Shown: one piece after another, positions 1-9,439 of the stretch
Layout: every line of letters starts with the position of its first letter
Numbering within the stretch: position 1 is the stretch's first letter
NCBI GenBank assembly: GCA_963756875.1
Contig: CAVWPA010000002.1
Span: 96,001 to 160,000 of the forward strand
Direction of reading: 5' to 3'
Length of the DNA stretch: 64,000 nucleotides
Source: an uncultured Verrucomicrobiae bacterium
Lineage (GTDB): Bacteria; Verrucomicrobiota; Verrucomicrobiia; Chthoniobacterales; UBA10450
Position numbers and translations under genes: made by a program
Notes under the pieces: model-generated
What the model was told of the DNA's origin: nothing
The model's input: the letters and a program-made list of their open reading frames with translations, nothing else
Database searches by the model: none

Positions 1-419
1 TTCACATCCTTGATCGCTACGAAGCGGGCATCGAGCTGAAGGGCAGCGAGGTAAAGTCAATCCGGGCCGGCAAAGCCAACATCGGCGATGCATTCGCGCG
101 CATCGAGAACGGCGAGGCCTTTCTATACAACGCCGATATCCAGCCATACGAAAAAGCCAGCATCGAGATCCCTCCTGCCAAACGTGTCCGCAAATTGTTG
201 TTGCACCGGCAGGAAATCGACAAGCTTTACGGCGAAACGCAGGTTGCAGGACGCGCCCTGGTTGTCCTGAAGCTTTACTGGAAAAACGGGAAACTCAAAG
301 CCGAGCTCGGCGTTGGGCAAGGCAAGGTTGCGCGCGACAAGCGCGCGGACTTGAAAAAGCGCACTGTCGATCGCGAGACCGCCCGCGAGGTCGCGCGTTT
401 CAACCGCCGTCATTCTTAA
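1..419 (+). CDS. smpB: SsrA-binding protein (5' truncated by window edge)
   Basis: Frame from base 3 reads HILDRYEAGIELKGSEVKSIRAGKANI...RKLLLHRQEI...GKVARDKR, the SmpB signature. Confidence 0.95.
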   Translation, partial: HILDRYEAGIELKGSEVKSIRAGKANIGDAFARIENGEAFLYNADIQPYEKASIEIPPAKRVRKLLLHRQEIDKLYGETQVAGRALVVLKLYWKNGKLKAELGVGQGKVARDKRADLKKRTVDRETAREVARFNRRHS

Positions 420-420
420 G

Positions 421-478
421 CTGTAGCGGCGGTCTACTTGTCGCGCCGTAGCTGCGCGAAGGCGGACGACCGTCGCAC
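421..478. repeat. GTAG-type REP carrying a nested 30-bp module
   Basis: CTGTAGCGGCGGTCTA-[CTTGTCGCGCCGTAGCTGCGCGAAGGCGGA]-CGACCGTCGCA; near-identical copies at 1987-2041 and (reverse) 9519-9576. Confidence 0.85.
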
Positions 479-546
479 AAAATCGGGATTGGGTGCCCAC
501 CGTGCTGTAGCTTGCGAACGGGGGTTGGCCACTCGACGTTTTCTGA

Positions 547-1425
547 ATGCCAGTCTTTTCGTTGGAGGACAAGGTCGCCCTGATCACCGGCGGCTCGCGT
601 GGTCTGGGCCTGGTCATCGCGCGAGAACTGTGTCGTGCGCAGGCAAAAGTTGCGCTCCTTGCACGCGATCCGGAAGAGCTGGCGCGCGCAAAGGCCGATC
701 TGGCTGGGAACGGCAGCGAAGTGCTGACGGTCCAATGCGATCTGCTCGATCGGGCTCAAATTGAATCGGCTGTTCGCCAAACTCTCGATCGATTCGGCGC
801 GATCGATATTCTGATTAACAACGCCGGAGTCATTGTAGTCGGCCCGCTTGAGCATATGACTCGCGAAGATTTCGAGCGCAGCATGGGGGTGCATTTTTGG
901 GCTCCGTTCGAATTGACGATGCAAATTGTTCCTGAAATGCGGCGTCGCGGCGGCGGTCGCATTGTTAATATTTCCTCAGTGGGCGGCAGGGTGGCTATCC
1001 CGCACATGGCGCCCTATGCAGCGAGCAAGTTCGCGTTAACAGGTTTCTCCGATGCGACTCGTGCCGAACTCGCCCGCCATAATATCCATGTCACCACCGT
1101 CACGCCGGGAATGATGAGGAGCGGCTCGCAGGTCCATGCGAAGTTCAAAGGTGCTCACCGTGCGGAATTCAATTGGTTCGAGTTGTCGACCAAACTTCCG
1201 CTGGCTTCCATTTCCGCCGAGCGTGCCGCCCGAAAGATTCTCGTTGCGTGCCGGCGAGGCCAGCCTGCGCTCATCATGCCGTGGCCAACGCGTTTGATCA
1301 TCGCGGCCAATTCGCTTTTTCCGGGTTTGACCGGCTACGCAATGAAAATCGTTAACCGATTCCTGCCCGCACCGACGGGCAAGGACGGCGACAAATCGAA
1401 GTCCGGTTCCGAAGTCCAAGGTTAA
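547..1425 (+). CDS. Short-chain dehydrogenase/reductase
   Basis: TGGSRGLG, NNAG and YAASK motifs. Confidence 0.93.
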   Translation: MPVFSLEDKVALITGGSRGLGLVIARELCRAQAKVALLARDPEELARAKADLAGNGSEVLTVQCDLLDRAQIESAVRQTLDRFGAIDILINNAGVIVVGPLEHMTREDFERSMGVHFWAPFELTMQIVPEMRRRGGGRIVNISSVGGRVAIPHMAPYAASKFALTGFSDATRAELARHNIHVTTVTPGMMRSGSQVHAKFKGAHRAEFNWFELSTKLPLASISAERAARKILVACRRGQPALIMPWPTRLIIAANSLFPGLTGYAMKIVNRFLPAPTGKDGDKSKSGSEVQG

Positions 1426-1450
1426 TGTCTGCGTTGCCGCAAAATGTGCC

Positions 1451-2035
1451 ATGAATCGCCGGAGGCTTTTCGTAGCGATTGATTTGCCACAATCGATTCA
1501 GCAATTTCTCGTCCGCCTTGATCCGCATATTCGCGGTGTCCGTTGGACCGCCGGCGATCAAATGCATCTCACTCTCGGTTTTTTTCCGGAGGTGCCGGAG
1601 GATGTCGTCCTTATCTTGCGTGAAGAACTCGAGACGATCGAATTTCGCGCGTTCTTTCTGCCGGTCGAGAGTATTGGAACATTTCCCGCCAAGGGCGCAC
1701 CGAAAATCGTCTGGATCGGCGTTGGCGCGGCCCATCCACATCTTTTTCAACTTCACAAACGGATGCAGGACGCAGCGCTCGCTGCTGGACTCGAAGCCGA
1801 TTTGCGTCCGTGGCTTCCGCATATCAGTCTCGCGCGCTGTCGTGATGTTTCCGGCGGCGCGCTTCGCAAATTTCTCAAATCAAATGCCGATCTCGAGGTC
1901 GGAATGTTTCGCGTCGAAGCGTTTCATCTTTATTCGAGCGAACTGACATCCGCCGGCCCGATCCACACACGAGAACTGACAGTCCCCTGTAGCGGCGGTC
2001 TCCCTGTCACGCCGGAGCCACGCGAAGGCGGATGA
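1451..2035 (+). CDS. thpR: RNA 2',3'-cyclic phosphodiesterase (2H family); C-terminus runs into a REP
   Basis: RLFVAI start and two HxT/S motifs (HLTL, HISL). Confidence 0.9.
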   Translation: MNRRRLFVAIDLPQSIQQFLVRLDPHIRGVRWTAGDQMHLTLGFFPEVPEDVVLILREELETIEFRAFFLPVESIGTFPAKGAPKIVWIGVGAAHPHLFQLHKRMQDAALAAGLEADLRPWLPHISLARCRDVSGGALRKFLKSNADLEVGMFRVEAFHLYSSELTSAGPIHTRELTVPCSGGLPVTPEPREGG

Positions 2036-2105
2036 CAGTCGTATTAACTCTTTCTGCGAGCATTGAGTGCGGCCCGCCTACCGCAGCCAAGGGCAGCGGC
2101 TACAG
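1987..2105. repeat. GTAG-type REP doublet between convergent genes
   Basis: CTGTAGCGGC...GCGGCTACAG ends, overlapping both gene 3' ends. Confidence 0.75.
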
Positions 2106-3548
2106 CCCTTTGCTCGATAACGGCGCGGCGATCTGTTCGAGAGAGCGTCGCTCCGCGGGCACGCCGATCCATGCTTCAATCACCGCGCCAAAAATCATCA
2201 GCGCCGCAGCCACCAGATACCCGACAAACAGGGCGGTGCCGGATTTCGTGCCGATAATCCACCCGAACAATAACGGCGCGCCAACGCCGCCTGCCAGCGT
2301 CCCGATTGCATAAAAAATCGCGATCGCCAGAGCGCGAATCTCCAGCGGAAAAATCTCGCTTACCGTCAAGTAAGCAGAGCTGGCGGCTGCCGAGGCGATG
2401 AAGAAAATGATCGTCCAGGCGAGAGTTTGCGTTTCTGCAGTCAGTAATCCTGCATGAAAAAACCAGCCCGTGATCGCGAGTAAAACGCCGGCGAGCGCGT
2501 AAGTCGCCGCGATCATTTTTTTGCGGCCGATCGTGTCGAACAAATGCCCGAGCAGCAGTGGGCCAAGGACATTCCCTAGCGCGAACGGCAAAAGATAGGC
2601 GCCGACATTTTTTTCCGGCACGCCGTAAAACCGCATCAGAACAAGCGCGTAAGTGAAAAAAATCGCGTTGTAGAAAAAAGCCTGCGTCAGCATCAGCACA
2701 AAACCAAGAAACGAGCGGCGCCGATGTTCGTGTGCGATGGCGTTCCAAATCTCGTGCAAGGGAGTATGCGTGCGGGTGCGAATTCGGGTCGGAACTAACT
2801 CGCCGTAATTGGAATCAATGATCCCGTCGGGATTTGATGCCATAACTTTTCGTTCGACTTCACCCACGATTTTCTCCGCCTCTTCATTGCGTCCGTGGAT
2901 CATCAGCCAGCGTGGACTTTCCGGGATCCACCACCGAAAGAAAATCACCACCACGCCGAGGGTAGCGCCGATTCCGAACGCGCACCGCCAACCCAGCCAG
3001 ACTGGAAACCAGCGCGGATCAAGCAACACCAGGGTCGCCGCCGCTCCAAGCGCCGCACCAATCCAGTAGGAGCCGTTGATCATCAAATCCACCCGGCCGC
3101 GAACCCGCGCCGGAATCAGTTCGTCTATAGCCGAATTGATCGCTGCGTATTCACCGCCGATCCCTGCTCCGGTGATCGCCCGAAAAACCGCGTAACTCGC
3201 AAAATTCCAGGAGAACGCGCTAAGTCCCGTGGCGACGAGATAAACCGAGACAGTAATGAAGAATAATTTTTTTCGCCCCAGCCGGTCCGTTCCATAACCA
3301 AAGACCAGCGCGCCAAGGACTGCGCCCGCAAGATAGCAGGTCGCGGTCGCGCCCACCTGCGTATCGGTCAATCCCAGCGTTTCGGGGCGTGTTAGAATTC
3401 CGCCTAACGAGCCCGCCAGCGTGACTTCCAGTCCATCGAGAATCCAGGTCGCACCGAGAGCGCCCACGATGAGCCAGTGCCATCGGCTCCACGGAAGGCG
3501 ATCCAGACGTGCCGGCACGTATGACTTGATGATTTTGCCGCTCGTCAT
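2100..3548 (-). CDS. MFS transporter (sugar-porter-like)
   Basis: DRLGRKK and PESPRWL motifs, about 12 hydrophobic segments. Confidence 0.92.
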   Translation of the reverse strand: MTSGKIIKSYVPARLDRLPWSRWHWLIVGALGATWILDGLEVTLAGSLGGILTRPETLGLTDTQVGATATCYLAGAVLGALVFGYGTDRLGRKKLFFITVSVYLVATGLSAFSWNFASYAVFRAITGAGIGGEYAAINSAIDELIPARVRGRVDLMINGSYWIGAALGAAATLVLLDPRWFPVWLGWRCAFGIGATLGVVVIFFRWWIPESPRWLMIHGRNEEAEKIVGEVERKVMASNPDGIIDSNYGELVPTRIRTRTHTPLHEIWNAIAHEHRRRSFLGFVLMLTQAFFYNAIFFTYALVLMRFYGVPEKNVGAYLLPFALGNVLGPLLLGHLFDTIGRKKMIAATYALAGVLLAITGWFFHAGLLTAETQTLAWTIIFFIASAAASSAYLTVSEIFPLEIRALAIAIFYAIGTLAGGVGAPLLFGWIIGTKSGTALFVGYLVAAALMIFGAVIEAWIGVPAERRSLEQIAAPLSSKGL

Positions 3549-3591
3549 CTTATTTCGGTTTCAGACGCCATTTGGCCTTGTTGAAATGGTA

Positions 3592-3782
3592 TGTCATTCC
3601 GAGTGGAGGAACAGCCTGCCCGCCGTGGCGGGAGGAATCTCTCATTGTTGTCAGACTGAACGCAGATGACAGCAAGAGATGTCTCCCATTCGACTCGCTA
3701 CGTTCGCTCAAGGCAGGCTTTCAATTTGGCGGCTTTGCCGCTATTAATTGGATGCAACGTCACGTTGCCGCTCGACATGATA
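3592..3782. repeat. GTCAT-type palindromic doublet with nested hairpins
   Basis: TGTCATTCCGAG...CTCGACATGA ends; relatives at 21103-21217 and from 24308. Confidence 0.65.
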
Positions 3783-3796
3783 AGAGGACGTCAGAC

Positions 3797-4393
3797 TCAA
3801 CCAGGCGGTTTTGTCACTCTCTTGCCGTTGTTCGCCAGCCGCTCAAGTTCCCTGAGCACGCGATCGAGTTCCTGCACCAGTGGCTTGACGCGCCGTCCGC
3901 TAAAGGCGTTCACCAGTGCCCGGTAATACCAGAGGGTCCCTTGCTTTCCTCCTTTAAATCGGCCCCAGAGCTTTTCTCCATCCCGCCGATAGGCCATCAG
4001 CGAGGAGCGAACATTGTGCAGCTTGTCCGACGCGGAAACGAGTTGAGTTCTCTGCGAAGCATGACCGACATGCGCGACATACGCTTTCTTTCGCCGCAAC
4101 CACGGCGGTTTCGGCGTTTGATCCGTGTCCGTGCAACCGTCCACGATCTTCGCGACGGCTTTGCCGAATTGACGCTCGATGTCGCGTAATCGCTTCGAGC
4201 CGCCGCAGTCTTCGACGGCATCGTGCAAAAGGGCGCCGATCGCTTCCGTTTCGGTAGCGCCATACTCGAGCGCGATCGACGTTACGCCCAGGATGTGTGC
4301 GATGTAAGGGATCCTGGTTTTCTTTCGCAACTGGCCGCCATGAATTCGTGTGGCGTAAACCAGCGCGTTCTCAAATTTCGGCGACAATCGCAT
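3797..4393 (-). CDS. HD-domain protein, small alarmone hydrolase (Mesh1/RelA-SpoT hydrolase)-like
   Basis: H..QLRK...PYIAH, ALLHDAVED and SDKLHN motifs. Confidence 0.85.
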   Translation of the reverse strand: MRLSPKFENALVYATRIHGGQLRKKTRIPYIAHILGVTSIALEYGATETEAIGALLHDAVEDCGGSKRLRDIERQFGKAVAKIVDGCTDTDQTPKPPWLRRKKAYVAHVGHASQRTQLVSASDKLHNVRSSLMAYRRDGEKLWGRFKGGKQGTLWYYRALVNAFSGRRVKPLVQELDRVLRELERLANNGKRVTKPPG

Positions 4394-4432
4394 TCTTTCG
4401 TTTATTGAAGCGTCTCTGATGACAGCGCCTGT

Positions 4433-5819
4433 TCACAGCGTGCTGGATGGGACAAGGATCGCGTCGCTCATTCCGTGCAGAAATTTTTTGTCGGCGGGAA
4501 CGATTGTCGCGAGTGCGCCTCGCAATTTGACGCGATCGCTCTCGACGAAGAAATAGGGGCAAAGGCGCACGCGGCCTTTTATCGTTTTCAATTCGGTCGA
4601 TTCCGGATCCCAATATCGATGCTCGAACAGGCGGCCCTTGTGAAACTTCTGCATGATTGTGGGCGACGATTCGAATGTGGCGAGCGCGTGGTCGATTCGC
4701 TTTTCCCATTCAACATGCGGGAGATCGGCGCCGAGCGAGACACCGCGGCTGCCCCAGCCAAGCGGCGAAAATCCGCTCACTTTCAATAGAAGATCGCGAT
4801 CTTTCTGGCTAAACCTGGTGGCCTCGCGCCAATCGTGAATCTCAAGGCGTGGAATGACCGCATGCTGCGGCAACGGGGTGGGATCGAGCAGCCATGAATA
4901 GGGGATGACTTCCTGCAGCTTGAGAAAATATTTTTCGCCCAACTCGCGCCGCCAGAATTCACGCAACGGCTGCATCCAAAAGAGCGCAAACCACATTTTT
5001 TCTTCGAGGTACGGCTTGATCGGCGGTGTAATGGTGATGCGGCCTTCTGCATTCGCGCGCAGTGTCTTGTCGACGTTCGGGATGTTCGGCAGATCGAACA
5101 ACTCGAAGAAGCGGTAAACCGCGCGCCCATCCTCCGGCTCATAATTTTCCGCCGGCACGACGCGGAAAGAAGCCGATGCTGGATGTTGGATGCTGGATGC
5201 TGGATTTTCCGAGGCGGTGTCCGGCTTCTCATCCAGCATCAAGGATCCAGCATCCAGTATCTTCCGGTTGAGTCGCGCGGCCAGCCATTCCATCTCCGGA
5301 CGATAAGTTGCCGATTCCTGCGAAATCGCGACATCGCCGCCGTTGGGAAGAACGCTTTGAAATCCATCGAGCATTCCGTCCGTGCCACCAATGATTTCCT
5401 TTTCGAACGTCGAATAAGTTTGATTGAGCCACGCGGTTAAACCAATGCCGCCGGGTACAGAATCGATTTCCGCGATGATATAACCTTCGTCGGTGAGAAT
5501 GAGATCGGGGCGAATCACACGCGGCAGGTCTTCTCGAATCTCCTTGCGTCGGGAGAATTCGACGAGTTCCGGCGGTTTGCCGGCGTCCAGATACCGCGCA
5601 ATCCACGGCGGTTGCTTTCCCTTGATGCTCAACTGGTAAAGCTGGTTGCACGCGCGTTGAAAAACGAACAGGCGATGTCCAAGCTGTTCGAGCTCAGCCA
5701 CAAATGTCTTTCTCGACCGGAAACGCGTCGGGCGAAAGCAGCCAGTCCTTTTCCGCGAAGAGGCCCTCTTTCGGGAAGGCGGCACGAATGGCGGAAAGTC
5801 TGTCTTCTTGGACGAACAT
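4433..5819 (-). CDS. Hypothetical ATP-grasp-like (glutathionylspermidine-synthase-like) protein; apparent 1-bp frameshift near 5710
   Basis: MFVQEDRL...FPVEK in one frame joins TFVAELEQLG in the next if one A of GAGAAAGAC is removed; IRPDLIL..AEIDSVPGGIG and LLKVSG..WGSRGV resemble ATP-grasp motifs. Confidence 0.65.
5175..5261. repeat. Inverted heptamer tandem repeats inside a CDS
   Basis: (GATGCTG)x4 ... (CATCCAG)x4, 87 bp, frame preserved. Confidence 0.85.
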
Positions 5820-5827
5820 TAAGAGCA

Positions 5828-5918
5828 AACGTCCAACGCCGAACGCCGAACGTCCAACGTCCAATGCAGAAAATTTCTGAATTCGACTTTCGGCGTTGGA
5901 CGTTGAGCGTTCGGCGTT
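5828..5918. repeat. Inverted heptamer tandem repeats (AACGYCS)n
   Basis: AACGTCC AACGCCG AACGCCG AACGTCC AACGTCC ... CGGCGTT GGACGTT GAGCGTT CGGCGTT. Confidence 0.85.
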
Positions 5919-5925
5919 TGCTGCA

Positions 5926-6537
5926 TTATCTCCCTGCGGCAATCCGCTTGAGCGCCAGCTTCACCAAATCCTCCGCCGATTGCGCTTCTCCTTTTTCCTG
6001 CAGATCGCGCACCGCTTTATGGGCATCGACCTGCTTGTAACCGAGCGCGATCAGGGCGAGCACCGCTTCGTTTGCCTGCTCCTGTTCGGGAGTAGGCGCG
6101 TGCGCCGCGCTTGCCACCTCCCATGCCGCGGCGACTCCAAGCTTGTCTTTCAATTCGAGAACGATTCGCTCGGCCGTTTTCTTGCCCAGGCCGCTGATTT
6201 TCGAAAGAGCCGCCACATCGGAATTCACGACCGCACTCTTGAAATTGGATACGCTCATTCCGCTTAACACAGCGAGCGCCAGCTTCGGCCCGATCCCGCT
6301 CACGTTGTTGACGAGCAGCCGAAAAAGATCGCGTTCCGGCGCGGTCATGAACCCGTAAAGCACATGGGCATCTTCACGGACGTGCAAGTGCGTCAGAATC
6401 CGGACCGCTTGACCAACCGCTGGAAGCCGATCGTAACTGGAAAGTGGAATGAGAACCTCGTAGCCGACTCCACCAACATCGACAATCGCCTGCGTTGGCA
6501 ACGCGCTAACCAGTTTGCCGTCGAGAAACGTGATCAT
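5926..6537 (-). CDS. ruvA: Holliday junction branch migration protein RuvA
   Basis: GGVGYEV, VREDAHVLYGF, VSGIGPKLALAVL, GLGKKTAERIVLELKDK and LIALGY. Confidence 0.97.
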   Translation of the reverse strand: MITFLDGKLVSALPTQAIVDVGGVGYEVLIPLSSYDRLPAVGQAVRILTHLHVREDAHVLYGFMTAPERDLFRLLVNNVSGIGPKLALAVLSGMSVSNFKSAVVNSDVAALSKISGLGKKTAERIVLELKDKLGVAAAWEVASAAHAPTPEQEQANEAVLALIALGYKQVDAHKAVRDLQEKGEAQSAEDLVKLALKRIAAGR

Positions 6538-6579
6538 GTTTGGCCAATTCCTAACAGCGCGCGCTCAAACTGTAAACTA

Positions 6580-6643
6580 CTGTAGCGGCAGGCGTGCCGC
6601 CTGCGTTGTTGGATGAGCGCAGCCGACACGGCTGCCTCTACAG
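6580..6643. repeat. GTAG-type REP doublet
   Basis: CTGTAGCGGCAGGCGTGCCGCCTGCG ... CGCAGCCGACACGGCTGCCTCTACAG. Confidence 0.8.
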
Positions 6644-6646
6644 AAT

Positions 6647-8110
6647 TCACTCCGGTTTCAGCAACAGCGTCAGTTCGACCCATTTGCCTTTCGGGATATT
6701 AAATCCGCGCGTTGAAAATGTTTTCCAGTTCGCCGGCGGGTCTGGAAACAGCTCTCGTTCGCGATCCGTCGGCATGATGACGAACCGTGGGCCCGGTCGC
6801 TCCATGAAACCGACTGTCCTGCGTGGATTGGGCGTGGTCATGAATCCGCGAATCCGGGAACGAAAATACCAGACCAAACTCGGCTCTGTGAAATCGGCGG
6901 CCGCGAATTCCATTGGGGCCAGCAACTGGGACCTCGCCTGTTGGTAAAGTTGCCATGAAGGGAAGAAACGGGCGGTAGCCGGCGCGACCAGCAGGGAGAT
7001 TCCAAGACAAAATGCGGCCATGCCGACGGCGAATTTCTTCAGCAGCGAAATCGAAAGTTCGCTGCGAATCCAGCTTCGTGTGAAGAGAAGCGCCAGCATT
7101 GGAAATGCGGGGAGCGTGTAATGCGGCAGTTTCGTTTTTACGAACGTAAAAATGAGGAAAATAATGGCCACGCGCCAGAGCAGGTAGGTATCGATGTGGT
7201 CGTGGTCTCGCCAAAGCGTTTTGGTCAGCCAGGGAAGTTTGATGGACCAGGGAAAAAAACTAAAAAACACCAGGACGAAGTAGTACGGAAGCATGAGCAG
7301 ATAGACGCCTAACGAGTTAGCACCGTGACCTTCCATCGCGCCAAACGAACGCTTGATGACGTGTCGCCCGATCCCGATCCTGAGAAACTCACCATGTGTT
7401 TGAACGAGCGCCGGAACTCCCCAAAGGGCGACGATGCCCAACATCAGCAGAATCCCGGAAACAAACTTGAAGCGATGGCTGAGCGGAAAACGTGGGCGAA
7501 AAAGTTTGGTCGATTCAGCGGTCAGTAACGGCGTCCATCCAATCGGCCCTTTCGCCAGGAATGCAAAAGCGAGCCCGAGATAGAAGGTCCACCACCAATA
7601 GGGCGATGGTTTCGACATTGAGCTCTGCGCGGCAGCAGTTTTTCCCAATCCCACCAGTTCGTGCCCGGCCCAGAACGCCAGCGTAACGAAGAGAACCAGC
7701 CACATGTCCGCCACCGCGGCCTTTGCGTGCACGAATGTTTGCAACGACAAGCTGAATATGATGGCCGCCCACCAGCCGAGTTTTGGACCGTCAATGCGCG
7801 ATCCCCATGCGAAAATCGCGAGAGCGATTAGAGCAGCCGCAATGGCCGATGGAAAACGGGCGGCGAAATCGTTTTGGCCAAAAATTTTGTAACTGACAAT
7901 CTGGGCCCAATAGGTGAAGGGCGGTTTATCGAGGCGAAAATGGTTGTTGAAGTAGGGAACGACGTAATTGCCGCGCTGGATCATTTCGCGTGACGCTTCC
8001 GAGAAGCGCGGCTCATCGCGATCGATCAACGGCAGGCTCCAGGTGCCGGCCATGTGGAACAACACACAGCCGATAAACAAAATTGCGTAATTGCGGGCTT
8101 CGGATTTCAA
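6647..8110 (-). CDS. ArnT-family (GT-C) glycosyltransferase
   Basis: DRDEPRFSEASREM, DKPP, LAKGP, FFPWS and TKLPHY motifs; start (TTG) uncertain. Confidence 0.9.
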   Translation of the reverse strand: MKSEARNYAILFIGCVLFHMAGTWSLPLIDRDEPRFSEASREMIQRGNYVVPYFNNHFRLDKPPFTYWAQIVSYKIFGQNDFAARFPSAIAAALIALAIFAWGSRIDGPKLGWWAAIIFSLSLQTFVHAKAAVADMWLVLFVTLAFWAGHELVGLGKTAAAQSSMSKPSPYWWWTFYLGLAFAFLAKGPIGWTPLLTAESTKLFRPRFPLSHRFKFVSGILLMLGIVALWGVPALVQTHGEFLRIGIGRHVIKRSFGAMEGHGANSLGVYLLMLPYYFVLVFFSFFPWSIKLPWLTKTLWRDHDHIDTYLLWRVAIIFLIFTFVKTKLPHYTLPAFPMLALLFTRSWIRSELSISLLKKFAVGMAAFCLGISLLVAPATARFFPSWQLYQQARSQLLAPMEFAAADFTEPSLVWYFRSRIRGFMTTPNPRRTVGFMERPGPRFVIMPTDRERELFPDPPANWKTFSTRGFNIPKGKWVELTLLLKPE

Positions 8111-8112
8111 AT

Positions 8113-8393
8113 TAGTGTTGTGTAACCGGTATGGCTTGGCAATCGCCGCGAGGAGTTTGGACGAATTTCAAGAAGTGAGCGAAGCGCTGCCCCGAAAGCG
8201 TTCGGGGCTGGCCGAGCAAGCGACGCGGAAATTCGCTCAAAAAACTGCGGCCCGGAGGGTTGAGTTGAAAATGGCCCGGCGCCGGCGTTGCTCCTCGCTC
8301 ACAGGTCGCAGAGGACATGCTCCCTCGTCGCGCCTTGGCGGCGGGCCATTTTGAATTCAACGATTGGCAAGCCATACCGGTTACACAACACTA
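8113..8393. mobile_element. MITE-like element, 281 bp, 33-bp terminal inverted repeats, TA at both ends
   Basis: TAGTGTTGTGTAACCGGTATGGCTTGGCAATCG vs reverse complement of 8361-8393: 32/33 identical; no transposase. Confidence 0.85.
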
Positions 8394-8439
8394 GCGATTG
8401 CAAAATAGCGCCCGAAGGCAGACAACGGGAATCTTATTC

Positions 8440-9060
8440 GTGAACCGAAAGACCGCTTTTTACTGGATCGCTGGAATTCTGATCGCGACGCTCGCCATCA
8501 TCGCGGCTTTTCATTTCGACGTGGCGGCGGAAAATTTCATGAAAGGACATCAAAACCGGGCGGTGCGGCATTTTATGCACAATGTAAGCCGGCTCGGTGA
8601 TTGGCCCCTGCACTTTGCGCTGGGGTTGGCGCTCGCTGCGATCGCATGGTGGCGGGGAAGCAAAAAATGGACGCGCATCTTTTTGGCGATGCTGATCGCT
8701 CTAGCGATTGCCGGCGTCGTTGGGCACGGCATCAAAATCGCGACCGGGCGCGCCCGTCCGTCGGTAAAAATGGAACAGGGTTGGAACGGCCCGAGTCTGA
8801 GCTCGAAGTATCATGCGTTTCCCTCCGGGCACGTGGCGGCTTCGACTGCGTTCTTTGCCGTTCTCCTTCTGGCCAATTGGCGAATCGGGCTTTTCTGTTT
8901 GCCGATTCCAGCCTTGATCGGCTTCGCCCGGATGTACATCTTCGCGCACTATCTGTCCGACGTCGTTTGCGCGGCAGTCCTTGGCGTCCTCTGCGCCCTG
9001 CTGGTCGCGCATTTTCTTCTTCCACCAATCCGCAATTCGCAATTGATTCGGCGGGAGTGA
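8440..9060 (+). CDS. PAP2-family membrane phosphatase
   Basis: KxxxGRARP, FPSGH and RxxxxAHYLSDV motifs; GTG start assumed. Confidence 0.9.
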   Translation: MNRKTAFYWIAGILIATLAIIAAFHFDVAAENFMKGHQNRAVRHFMHNVSRLGDWPLHFALGLALAAIAWWRGSKKWTRIFLAMLIALAIAGVVGHGIKIATGRARPSVKMEQGWNGPSLSSKYHAFPSGHVAASTAFFAVLLLANWRIGLFCLPIPALIGFARMYIFAHYLSDVVCAAVLGVLCALLVAHFLLPPIRNSQLIRRE

Positions 9061-9156
9061 ACAACGTCCCATTCATCCTGCACTTTCACGTTCACGTGCA
9101 CTCTCTTTTCAAGAGCGGCAGCACGTGTAAGTGAAAGAGCAGGAGTAAAGATGGAA

Positions 9157-9176
9157 AGTGGCGGAGGGGTGAGATT
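9157..9176 (-). repeat. Inverted copy of the tRNA-Ser 3' end (att-like)
   Basis: Reverse complement AATCTCACCCCTCCGCCACT vs 9421-9441 AATCTCACCCCCTCCGCCACT (one C shorter). Confidence 0.75.
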
Positions 9177-9291
9177 ATCCAAAGCTTTGGTTTGGCTATG
9201 GAGTTAGAGCTCTACAATAGCTGAAGTTTAACGTTCGCCACGGACGCCGACTTGCTCAACTTCGTCGCGGTGGCAAACTTGCTGCGCCGCG

Positions 9292-9342
9292 CTGTAGCCG
9301 CGGTCGTTGACCGCGGTCTGGCGTCAGAGACGCCGGTTACAG
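9292..9342. repeat. GTAG-type REP doublet
   Basis: CTGTAGCCGCGGTCGTTGACCGCGG ... GGCGTCAGAGACGCCGGTTACAG. Confidence 0.7.
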
Positions 9343-9351
9343 TTGAATCCC

Positions 9352-9439
9352 GGAGGGGTGGCAGAGTGGTTGATCGCGCCGGTCTTGAAAACCGGAAGGC
9401 CGAAAGGCCTCGTGAGTTCGAATCTCACCCCCTCCGCCA
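9352..9439 (+). tRNA. tRNA-Ser (anticodon TGA)
   Basis: GGAGGGG/CCCCTCC acceptor stem, CCGGT-CTTGAAA-ACCGG anticodon arm, long variable arm, GTTCGAATC, encoded CCA. Confidence 0.97.

Noticed and set aside
3572..4189. 205-aa plus-strand ORF
   Set aside because: Built from a repeat element plus the antisense strand of the HD-domain gene
8091..8375. 87-aa ORFs on both strands within the MITE
   Set aside because: By-products of the inverted-repeat element; no transposase motifs
9352..9439. Selenocysteine or suppressor tRNA
   Set aside because: Anticodon TGA reads UCA (Ser); tRNA-Sec would have anticodon TCA
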